Below, in pieces: positions 9,485 through 17,710 of a stretch of DNA of 64,000 bases; positions within the stretch are counted from its first letter, which is position 1; each line of letters begins with the position of its first letter. Source of the DNA: an uncultured virus (IMG/VR IMGVR_UViG_3300022661_000087) (Duplodnaviria; Heunggongvirae; Uroviricota; Caudoviricetes); IMG/VR virus record IMGVR_UViG_3300022661_000087. One strand, written 5' to 3'. Under the pieces are notes generated by a model. It saw only the letters and a program-made list of their open reading frames with translations, was not told the origin of the DNA and made no database searches. Made by a program: the position numbers and the translations under genes.

Positions 9485-9844
9485 TTACTCCGCAATCTTG
9501 CGGAAGTATGCCTTACGCTTTTCCTCGACACGCTCAACCTTGGTGCCAATCATACCACGCACGATGGCAGAAACACGCTGGTTGGTCAGTTCCGCACACG
9601 CAGGAACAGTCTTGATGAGGTCGGTGATGGTGTAGAGGACACCATCTTCCATCGCATTGACGATGGCATCAGCGACACCTGCGTTTGCCACCTGCTGTGC
9701 GGTCGGCTTCTTTTCCGCAGAGTTCTTCTTGGCGAGCAGTTCCAGTTCGTGGGCGATGAAAGCCTGCTCATCGGCAGTCAGAGGGTAGTTGGCAGAAATC
9801 TGCTTGAAGTAGTCAGCCTTGGTCATCTTCTTGTTGTTAGCCAT
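9485..9844 (-). CDS. Winged-helix-like protein, paralog 3 of 3
   Basis: Same motifs as 4912-5280. Confidence 0.8.
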   Translation of the reverse strand: MANNKKMTKADYFKQISANYPLTADEQAFIAHELELLAKKNSAEKKPTAQQVANAGVADAIVNAMEDGVLYTITDLIKTVPACAELTNQRVSAIVRGMIGTKVERVEEKRKAYFRKIAE

Positions 9845-9974
9845 AGTATCAATTCCTTTCGGTTTTAACGACTTGAACCTGTCGATGAATTTATTTGTAA
9901 GAGGTTTTCCTCTTTACATACTTATTATAGCACATCTTGATTTGTTTGTCAAGAGTTTTTTTTAATTTTTTTTT

Positions 9975-10205
9975 CTTTGGCTTGGCTGAGCCTTTAAGCC
10001 ACAGTTAGGGTGAGTCCGCTTTCACCACCAAAGAAATTGGCTTTTGTATCCTGCGTATCCACGACATTTTTTCAGCCTGCGTGGTCTGGTTCACATTTGT
10101 ATTCCGCAAACAGGAACACCTTGCGGTCGGGTCATTGGTAACAAGGTCTTACTCGCTCTCGTGGGCACCCACCTTTTCGTGGTCGCCTTGCCCTCGCCTT
10201 TTGTA
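9975..10205 (-). ncRNA. Candidate structured ncRNA
   Basis: Own promoter at 10211-10239, no RBS-led ORF, several GC stems. Confidence 0.4.
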
Positions 10206-10517
10206 CCCTTATTGTATCACACTTTAAGGGGTTTGTCAAGGGGTTTTCTCAATTTTTTTTGAGATTTTTTTTTCGCCCTTGGGGGCAGGCTCACCTATCT
10301 CCCCTTGACAATGATAGTATACCACAGACCGCACCAAAAGTCAATAGGTAATAATGCACAAAAACAGGAATTCAAATCAATCAAACTTTGTGTAACTTTT
10401 CTCTTGACAAATTGCTGGCGGTGTGGTATAATGGAAATTCCGGCGCCCACATCCGAGGGCGCCGCGCCCAAAAATTGAAATGAAAAAGCCACCCCTTGCG
10501 GGATGGCTCTTGGTTTG

Positions 10518-10760
10518 TTACTTTGCCAGGTGTGCCATCAGCACACCCAGGGTCATCAGAGCGAACTCAGACTGGACGAACTGGTCGGGGTGGTTGACGA
10601 GGGCGAGGACTTCGCCAGTCAGACCATCAACGCAGTGGGCGTGGACACCATCCATGTCCCTCTGCATCATTTCCAGAACTGCGACCTCGGGGTCGTTGGT
10701 TTCGACAGTGACCTTGGCATCATCGTAGAAGCTCTCAACAACATACTTGTAGTTCATCAT
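10518..10760 (-). CDS. Hypothetical protein
   Basis: Promoter and conserved leader upstream. Confidence 0.7.
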   Translation of the reverse strand: MMNYKYVVESFYDDAKVTVETNDPEVAVLEMMQRDMDGVHAHCVDGLTGEVLALVNHPDQFVQSEFALMTLGVLMAHLAK

Positions 10761-10848
10761 GGTATCATTTCCTTTCTGGTGTTTGGGATTTTCCTTTCCC
10801 TTTGTTGTATTTATTATAGCACACTCTTGGGGGTTTGTCAAGGGTTTT

Positions 10849-11256
10849 TTACATTCTTTCAGAAAAATATTTGAAACCCTTTTCGCAGATTTCGAGATAA
10901 ACCTCTCGGCTTACTCTCACCCACTCTTCGCTTTTTTCTACCTTGCCTTTGCAAACTGCATACAAAATTGCGTGGCACTGCCATTCGGACTTGCCGACCA
11001 TGGGGCGGGGAATGGTACAAAAATCAATGTGGAACATTCCAGGGTTGGTGGTGAGATAATCTTTCATTCTGCGTTGCAGGTTGTAGCTTTTACCAACCTT
11101 TACCAAATAGATTTCTTCATGGGTAAAGGGATTGAAATTGGTGCTACCTACAAGGTACAAACCTTCGCTTTCGGGTGCAGAGAAGCGCAGGGGGTTTGCT
11201 TCGTTAATAAATGCGGGAGTATTTCGCATAGCTTCCAAATGTTCTGCCCAAGTCAT
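10849..11256 (-). CDS. GIY-YIG/T5orf172-like nuclease
   Basis: GLYLVG...LVKVGKSYNLQRRM...EW. Confidence 0.65.
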   Translation of the reverse strand: MTWAEHLEAMRNTPAFINEANPLRFSAPESEGLYLVGSTNFNPFTHEEIYLVKVGKSYNLQRRMKDYLTTNPGMFHIDFCTIPRPMVGKSEWQCHAILYAVCKGKVEKSEEWVRVSREVYLEICEKGFKYFSERM

Positions 11257-11345
11257 TACTGTCAGTTCCTTTCTTGTTTTCTGAGTTAATTATAGCACAT
11301 GATTTTGAATTTGTCAATACCTTTTTTCGCCCGGGAGGGCAGATT

Positions 11346-12005
11346 TTAGAATCTGCCCTTGACCACTTGGAAGCGATAGGCGGAATCGCCCTTGTGAACA
11401 TTGCGAGTAAACTTGCGGTGAGTTGCCCAAACCGCACGCAGAATCTGCATTTCGATTTCACAATCTGCGAGGGCGGTGTGTTCCTCGACGAACTCAATGT
11501 CTCCGCTGATGAAGCGGTAGCAGATTTCTGCGGTCATCTGAACGTTTCCGCTCTTGGTTACAAAGCCATTTTCACAGCAGAATTTGTTGTACTTGGTGTA
11601 CTTGCCGATGGTCTCGAAAAATGCCTGCCAAGTGTCGATGAATTCCATTCCCTCGATACACTCAGCAACGAAAGTCTTGTTGAAGTCAAAACCGCTGTTG
11701 TGGGCGCAGGCGCAGGACACATTGTTTTCAGCAAGCCACGCAGAGAAGATTTCGCTTGCCTCTGCTTCGTTGTAGCAGATAATAGTTGCAGGGTCGCGGA
11801 GCAGGTCGCGGTAGTAGTCTTTTTTGAATTTGCCATAGAACGCAGAATCCAAAAGTAGGTTGCCGATGACCACGATGTTGATTCTGCTGATTTCTGCTCT
11901 CTTGGTGAAAGCAATGCCAGCGCAGTGGTAGGTAGGGCAGTGCGCCTGAGAAGCACCGCCGAGGGTTTCAGTGTCGATAATTGCAAAAGTTTTTTCAGTA
12001 AACAT
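11346..12005 (-). CDS. DEDDh 3'-5' exonuclease
   Basis: IIDTET, AHNSGFD and HTALAD motifs. Confidence 0.85.
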   Translation of the reverse strand: MFTEKTFAIIDTETLGGASQAHCPTYHCAGIAFTKRAEISRINIVVIGNLLLDSAFYGKFKKDYYRDLLRDPATIICYNEAEASEIFSAWLAENNVSCACAHNSGFDFNKTFVAECIEGMEFIDTWQAFFETIGKYTKYNKFCCENGFVTKSGNVQMTAEICYRFISGDIEFVEEHTALADCEIEMQILRAVWATHRKFTRNVHKGDSAYRFQVVKGRF

Positions 12006-12089
12006 TGGTATCATTTCCTTTCACTTGATAAATTTATTATAGCACAGATTGTTTGATTTGTCAATACCTTTTTTTAATTTTTCCGGGGA

Positions 12090-12494
12090 TTAGCCTTGCT
12101 GTAAGGCTACTCCCCTTTCACGCAGGTATTCTGCGAACTCGTCCGCAGGAAGTTTGTCCATGAGGGTGGACATGGGCAGGTGGGAGACTTCTTTGGTGTA
12201 GTTCCACACGCACACCTCTTTGAAGTTCCTCTTGGTGACAGTATAGTGGTTCATGCCACATTTCACCAATACCTTGGGGGTCTTGAACAGACCGATGTAG
12301 GCTTCTGCATTTCTTACCTTGTTTTCACAGACCGCTTCAAAAAAGCTCTCGAAAGTGTCGTAGTAAGTGCGGTTGGTGCGGTCGAGGGATTCTTCCGCAT
12401 CGAGCAGGTGCAGGTGCCACCAAATAGAAGTTTCTTCAAAATCTCTGCGAGGAGACAGAGAGATGGATTGTCCGCAATCGTAAACCAGTTTCAT
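12090..12494 (-). CDS. Hypothetical protein
   Basis: Promoter and conserved leader upstream. Confidence 0.7.
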   Translation of the reverse strand: MKLVYDCGQSISLSPRRDFEETSIWWHLHLLDAEESLDRTNRTYYDTFESFFEAVCENKVRNAEAYIGLFKTPKVLVKCGMNHYTVTKRNFKEVCVWNYTKEVSHLPMSTLMDKLPADEFAEYLRERGVALQQG

Positions 12495-12664
12495 GTGTAT
12501 CAGTTCCTTTCCTTTGTTGATACTATTGTATCACACCTTTTGGGATTTGTCAACTGTTATTTTGCACAAATAAATTGCACGGAAAATTGTTGAAACTGGT
12601 TATTCTGACGAAAATCGGCGCGCCTGGACCGTGAGCGCGCCGCCAAAAACAAACGACTGCTTTT

Positions 12665-12934
12665 TCAGCAGTCGTAAGTATAACAACCTGCGAAGGGGTC
12701 GAACCCGCATTCGTCCGCATCGGGCTCGTCCTCGCTTTCGCCCTGGGTCTGTTCCAGGTCGCGGTATCCTGCAAGGGTGTATTCCTCGTGCCACTGGTAA
12801 TGGTTTCCGCAGTGGTCGCACTCGCCAACCTTAAAGAGGGTCACAGTGGTGTTGTCCACCTCAATGTCGAGAGTATCGAACTCAACAACCTCGCCCCCGC
12901 AAGTGGGGCAAACTACAATTCCAGTTTTCAGCAT
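12665..12934 (-). CDS. Zinc-ribbon acidic protein
   Basis: CPTCG...CDHCG. Confidence 0.65.
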   Translation of the reverse strand: MLKTGIVVCPTCGGEVVEFDTLDIEVDNTTVTLFKVGECDHCGNHYQWHEEYTLAGYRDLEQTQGESEDEPDADECGFDPFAGCYTYDC

Positions 12935-13147
12935 TCTTCATCATCCTCCAATCTTTCTTTGATTGCTTCAACGATTATCTTGCCGACCTTGACAGCCATC
13001 ATCAAGGCGAATGCTCCGACAAAGCCAACCAATGCCCAGCCGATTTCTTCGGGGATTGCGCAAATCATTTCTAACATTTTTATCAGTTCCTTTCTTCTTT
13101 GTGTCTTAATTATAGCACATCAATTGCCGTTTGTCAAGAGGAAATTC

Positions 13148-13600
13148 TCAGATTTCTCTGAGAATTTCCAAGATGTTCTGCACATCGTAGGCTCTGCCTG
13201 TCCAGTTCGTTCTGTTGCGTTCTTCATCGTCGAACAGAATGTCGAGAGGATTGTTGCAGAAGTTCTGCTTCGGAGTGCCATAGGGAACGATGTGGATTTC
13301 GTTCCAGTTCACGCTCGGCAGGTGCTTTCTCAGCCAGTTCAGCTTGACTTCGGTAACTGCTTCGTTGTATTCAGCAGTTCCACTTTTGCTCAACCAAGAG
13401 ATAACTGCGAGGTTGTAGCCGTTCCGCTGAAGTGCGTTCAGCTTGCGAGCCAGTGCGGAGAGGTGGAGCAGAGGTCTTGCGTTTGCGTAGGGGAAAGTGT
13501 CACCTGCGATGAGGTATTCGAGCCAGTTCTCTACACCATAGAGGTCAGCGATTGTGCCGTCCATGTCGAAGTTAATTGTGATGTTCATCTGCTTTGCCAT
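13148..13600 (-). CDS. HAD-superfamily 5'(3')-nucleotidase-like protein
   Basis: FDMDGTIAD motif I and ILFDD motif IV. Confidence 0.8.
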   Translation of the reverse strand: MAKQMNITINFDMDGTIADLYGVENWLEYLIAGDTFPYANARPLLHLSALARKLNALQRNGYNLAVISWLSKSGTAEYNEAVTEVKLNWLRKHLPSVNWNEIHIVPYGTPKQNFCNNPLDILFDDEERNRTNWTGRAYDVQNILEILREI

Positions 13601-13690
13601 TTGTATCAGTTCCTTTCCTTTTTGTACCTTAATTATACACCCAAAACCGTGATTTGTCAATACCTTTTTTGAAAAAAGGGAAAGTTTTTT

Positions 13691-14164
13691 TTACTTTCCC
13701 TTTTTCATTTCTCTTGCCCGCTTCTGTGCCTTGTGGAGCACATCCACATTGGTCAGGCTTGCGTTTTCGTACTTGACCTGATACTGAACGCCACCGATTT
13801 CCACATCACCGCAGTAGTCAAAGCGGACATGGTCGGGAGTGTACTCACCCAGACCGCAAGCCTTGTGCAGATAGGCTTCGCACTTGTGACCCTTGTTCTT
13901 GTAAGGAATGGCTTCAAATTCAGCCTTGGTCATGATGGGGGTTGCACCCTTGGCAATCAGCTTATCCTTTTCGGATACGCTGATGTACATCTTGAATTTC
14001 TGCTGTCCGCCGTTCTTGGAGGACTCAAATTCTTCGTGTGCCCAACGAGGAGCGATGTGCTTGCAGTTGTAGATGTAGATGATACCCTTGCGCTCGAAGA
14101 AAATCAGAGTGCGGTCAGCGCCAGTCAGCTTGTTGTAGTAGCGGAAGAAATTACCCTTAGTCAT
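13691..14164 (-). CDS. Hypothetical protein, possible PD-(D/E)XK-like fold
   Basis: GDVEIGGVQYQVK segment; own promoter. Confidence 0.6.
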   Translation of the reverse strand: MTKGNFFRYYNKLTGADRTLIFFERKGIIYIYNCKHIAPRWAHEEFESSKNGGQQKFKMYISVSEKDKLIAKGATPIMTKAEFEAIPYKNKGHKCEAYLHKACGLGEYTPDHVRFDYCGDVEIGGVQYQVKYENASLTNVDVLHKAQKRAREMKKGK

Positions 14165-14459
14165 TGTTATTATCTCCTTTTCAGTTCCTTTTTGTATCTT
14201 AATTATAACACCAGTTTCCCGGTTTGTCAAGAACTTTTTTTCATTTTCTTGAACTTTTTTTTGATTTAGTGGTCTCTCTCAACCACAAGAACATTGTATC
14301 ACATCCGGAATAGAAAGTCAAGCACAATTTTAGGAAAAACAACTATTTATTTTTTGTGCAAATTGCCTATTGACAAATTGCTGGGGCTGTGGTATAATGG
14401 AAATAACGCGCGCCTGGGCCGTGGGCGCGCGACCGAAAAAGCAAAATGGAAAAAGCGCC

Positions 14460-14699
14460 TTAGTAGTAAGGCGCTTCGATTTCCAGTATCTCGGTTTGAA
14501 TGAGTGTAAAATGTGCCCTGAACCGACACCCGCACCCGCAAATGTAATCGTCTTTTTTCTCTCTGCGGTTGCTTGTATTGTCCTGGTACACCAGTTCGGA
14601 TTGGGCACTACTCCCGCAGTTAGGACATCTAATGCGAGGGTCACGCAATTGTGCTTGCCACTCTCGTGCTATTTCTGCTGCTGTTTTCATTGTTCTCAC
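14460..14699 (-). CDS. Small zinc-ribbon protein
   Basis: CPNCG...CGCG. Confidence 0.6.
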   Translation of the reverse strand: MRTMKTAAEIAREWQAQLRDPRIRCPNCGSSAQSELVYQDNTSNRREKKDDYICGCGCRFRAHFTLIQTEILEIEAPYY

Positions 14700-14735
14700 C
14701 TCTTGGCATTATTATAACATGGTTTGGGGATTTTG

Positions 14736-14960
14736 TCAACCCCCGCAAGCACATTTTTTTTCGTAATGTTCTCTAACAAGGAGAGCATCCCGCACTCGCT
14801 TCTGGTTGAAATCTTCTTTGTGAATTACTGTGCAATAGTAGTATTTTGTGCGGAAAATGGGCCAATTGGGATGAATTATCTTTCGATAGACTACATGAAC
14901 ATAGTCTTCGCCGAGCTTCCATGTGGCTTCGTACTCACCATCTGCCCCTTTAATAATCAT
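14736..14960 (-). CDS. Hypothetical protein
   Basis: Start overlaps the stop of the upstream gene. Confidence 0.55.
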   Translation of the reverse strand: MIIKGADGEYEATWKLGEDYVHVVYRKIIHPNWPIFRTKYYYCTVIHKEDFNQKRVRDALLVREHYEKKCACGG

Positions 14961-15112
14961 CCATTATCACCCCTTTTGAATTTCTGTCTGTTGTATTTCT
15001 TCTTGCTTTCTACCACAGAGCCACGCTTGCGAAAGTGGAGATACTGCTGAAGTTCTTCTCCCTCTTTCTTGAACATTCTGCGGTCGATTGTGTTTTTCTT
15101 TTTCTTACTCAT
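14957..15112 (-). CDS. Small highly basic protein
   Basis: GAGG RBS; Lys/Arg-rich. Confidence 0.6.
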   Translation of the reverse strand: MSKKKKNTIDRRMFKKEGEELQQYLHFRKRGSVVESKKKYNRQKFKRGDNG

Positions 15113-15174
15113 TTCGTTTACCTCTTTTCTTTTTGTAATTAAATTATACCATAGATTTAGGGATTTGTCAACCC

Positions 15175-15501
15175 CTAAATCCAATTATTTTCACAGTCCC
15201 ATGCTTTTGCCCGTCTGATGATTTCAGAGTAACCAGCAGGAGGATAACCACCAGTAGTTTCGTAGAACATCTTGCAGGCAATCTTCCATCTTGCAGGGTA
15301 GGCGGTGACAAGAATGTTGCTCTTGGCATCCATTACCATTAAGATACCAGTGGAAGTCAAGCAGTTTCTCTTTCCTCTGTAAATTGTGGTGCAAATGATT
15401 TCGCCGAAGCCTAACTCTCTATCCATTTTTACAAGTCTTTCTCTGCGTTCGGTGTAGCAGTGGTCGGTGAAACTCACGGTGATGCTCATGCTCTTTAACA
15501 T
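15175..15501 (-). CDS. Hypothetical protein (ends at TAG, with a TAA six codons later)
   Basis: GAGGAG RBS and own promoter. Confidence 0.65.
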   Translation of the reverse strand: MLKSMSITVSFTDHCYTERRERLVKMDRELGFGEIICTTIYRGKRNCLTSTGILMVMDAKSNILVTAYPARWKIACKMFYETTGGYPPAGYSEIIRRAKAWDCENNWI

Positions 15502-15568
15502 TTGATTTACTCTCCTCTCTTTTTGTATCTTAATTATAACACGGGAAAGGGGTTTTGTCAACCCCTTT

Positions 15569-16009
15569 TCAAAAAATTTTTTCGCCAATGTTTGTCACAA
15601 CTGTGGCTTCAATCCACCGCACGCAAATGCCCTTGCTTTCCAAAAGGCGATAGTATTGCAGGTCGTTGTCGAAATTTTGTTCGAAGTCTGCGATTGCCTT
15701 AAAGTTTGCGAGGATGGGGTTCTTGTGGTAGCGGAACTCAAGACGAGCACGCCAAGCCTCTTTGCTCTGCGAGGGTGCGAGGATAACAAAGGGAATGTTG
15801 TTGTTCATGCAGTATTCAATCACCACACGATGAGCGGAGATGAATACATTCTTGTCAGTAGCGAGGGCAACCGCCGTCCGCACATAGTTTTCTTCCCATC
15901 CTGCGACCTTGACAAATGCGGAGCTGTCGAGGTCAACAGTAGTATTGGGGTTATTTCTACAGTAGGTAGATTTTCCACTACCCTGATAGCCACAGTAAAT
16001 CATTTTCAT
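15569..16009 (-). CDS. P-loop kinase/NTPase
   Basis: Walker A GYQGSGKST. Confidence 0.75.
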   Translation of the reverse strand: MKMIYCGYQGSGKSTYCRNNPNTTVDLDSSAFVKVAGWEENYVRTAVALATDKNVFISAHRVVIEYCMNNNIPFVILAPSQSKEAWRARLEFRYHKNPILANFKAIADFEQNFDNDLQYYRLLESKGICVRWIEATVVTNIGEKIF

Positions 16010-16060
16010 TTCAGTTCCTTTCCTTTTGTACCTACATTGTATCACAGAGAAAGGCTTTTG

Positions 16061-16384
16061 TCAAGCCTTTTCTGCGAGAATTTCCAAAAGTTCATAGCCA
16101 GAAAGGAAAGTATTTCCTGCGAGGTGGTAGGCTCGGCAGTGCTCAGCCAGTTCTTCCCTTGCTCTGTCGTAGCTACGCAGAGCGGAAACCAGTACCCATT
16201 TATCCTCGGTTACATCGCCCGCAAACATCTTGTATTCTGCGGACTCTTGGGGCAACATAGCCATTGCCTTCTGTCTGCGGTTGATGACTCTCACACAGTA
16301 CTCAATCTTGTCCTTTGCATTGCGAGTAGCGATGACGAGTTCGTCTCTCTTGGTCTCTTCGGCAGTCTTGGTAATCTTCTTCAT
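16061..16384 (-). CDS. Hypothetical helical protein
   Basis: AAAGGAG RBS and own promoter. Confidence 0.7.
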   Translation of the reverse strand: MKKITKTAEETKRDELVIATRNAKDKIEYCVRVINRRQKAMAMLPQESAEYKMFAGDVTEDKWVLVSALRSYDRAREELAEHCRAYHLAGNTFLSGYELLEILAEKA

Positions 16385-16596
16385 GGTGTTTAGCTCCTTT
16401 GTTCTTTTGTTGTACTTAGTATACCACACGGAGACCGATTTGTCAATACCTTTTGGGAAAAATAATTATTTATTTTTTTTCTAATTTTCCTCTTGACAAA
16501 ATGGCTGGGATGTGTTATACTGGCAATTAGGGCGCGCCAGGACCGTTGGCGCGCCTATGGCGGGATTCGTCACATTGCACAATTAAAGGGTGTGCC

Positions 16597-16818
16597 TTAC
16601 TCTTGGCACACCCTCATCAGCAGTCTCTCATAGGACACACCTGCTACCTTACACAGCACACGCAGGTTGTCTCTCACCATCAGCTTCTCTGCGTAGGTGA
16701 TGTCCTCGTTGTCCTTGTTCAGTACCATGATGATGTACTTGTACTGATGGCTTGCCTGCACCTCAGGCTTTAGCTCTCTTACTGTGCTCAGCATCTTGTT
16801 GATAGGTCTCTTGTTCAT
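16597..16818 (-). CDS. Hypothetical protein
   Basis: GAGGAGG RBS; terminator overlaps the stop. Confidence 0.65.
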   Translation of the reverse strand: MNKRPINKMLSTVRELKPEVQASHQYKYIIMVLNKDNEDITYAEKLMVRDNLRVLCKVAGVSYERLLMRVCQE

Positions 16819-16835
16819 TGTCTTGTCCTCCTCTA

Positions 16836-16991
16836 TTAGTTCTTGTTGACAGCGATGATAGTGGCAATAGCAGCTACGCCAAAGGCTACGACTAGAGCCA
16901 CAAGAGTGATACCCAGCCACTCAGGACAAGTAGTAGTATTGTCAAGGTTGCTGTTAGCAATCCACATAGCGATGTTGTTAGAAATGGTCAT
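16836..16991 (-). CDS. Small single-pass membrane protein
   Basis: AAAGGAG RBS; WLGITLVALVVAFGVAAIATIIAV. Confidence 0.6.
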   Translation of the reverse strand: MTISNNIAMWIANSNLDNTTTCPEWLGITLVALVVAFGVAAIATIIAVNKN

Positions 16992-17196
16992 TGTTGTTAT
17001 CTCCTTTACTCTGTGAGGTTGTGTCCCTCTCTCTTTGTGTCTTTATTATAGCATTACGGGAGCTTTTTGTCAAGAGTTTTTTTGCTTATTTACGCAACTT
17101 TTTTTTAGCACCCCCTACAGTATGCCCCACTAGGGGACCTGACGCCTGTGCTCGGTGGCTACTACTACATAGTATAATAGAGTAAGGCTGTGTACC

Positions 17197-17478
17197 TTAC
17201 TCTACATCTACTACTCTGTCATCATAGATAGTATCACTGCCCATGGCTAGCATGGTTAGCACTACCCTTGTGCCTACACATGGTACAGTGTCACCCTCTA
17301 CATCATAGCACCACACATTGCCTGTGGTGTCCTCTGCGCTGATGGTGTTACCCTCTACCTCTACTACCACAGCTTCTCTTGTGTACCTATCATTAAGCTG
17401 TGCTTGACCTAGTGCATTGAAGGTCACTACCAGTAGTATAGCACACAGCACACACAGTACCTTCTCACTCATTGTCAT
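17197..17478 (-). CDS. Membrane-anchored or secreted small protein
   Basis: Hydrophobic N-terminus; first gene of the leftward early region. Confidence 0.65.
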   Translation of the reverse strand: MTMSEKVLCVLCAILLVVTFNALGQAQLNDRYTREAVVVEVEGNTISAEDTTGNVWCYDVEGDTVPCVGTRVVLTMLAMGSDTIYDDRVVDVE

Positions 17479-17621
17479 TACCTCACTGTTCCTTTGTTGT
17501 ATCTACAGTATACCACATTACAGGATGTTTGTCAATAGGTAAGATGCACAAATGTGTAGAACTTTTTTTGTGTAGGGTATTATTGCATGGCAGCTAGGGC
17601 CGCGCCGCACGTGCACGGCCC

Positions 17622-17710
17622 AGCGTGTGTATTGTGTATGTATTATTGTGTGTGTATTGTTTATTATACATACATTATTGTGTATGTATGAGGATGTGTT
17701 GTGTGTGTCT
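17622..17710. repeat. TG/TA-rich low-complexity tract at the early-region boundary
   Basis: Repeated GTGTGTATT/TGTATG units. Confidence 0.6.

Larger units (their letters stand above)
2966..17535 (-). promoter_or_regulatory. Array of about 35 sigma70/sigmaA-type promoters (TTGACA-N17-TATAAT, often TGTGCTATAAT)
   Basis: Read on + as ATTATA..TGTCAA, e.g. 3785-3813, 4515-4543, 5335-5363, 5598-5626, 7542-7570, 8429-8457, 9924-9952, 11289-11317, 12036-12064, 13109-13137, 14202-14230, 15533-15561, 17045-17073. Confidence 0.9.

Noticed and set aside
12690..12715. GGGTTCGACCCC T-loop-like sequence
   Set aside because: Inside a coding region (CGFDPF); no cloverleaf
3203..17621. Stem-loops as a CRISPR array or canonical integron attC sites
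   Set aside because: Spacing is 1-2 kb, sequences are not identical, RYYYAAC/GTTRRRY boxes are absent, and no cas or integrase gene is in the window
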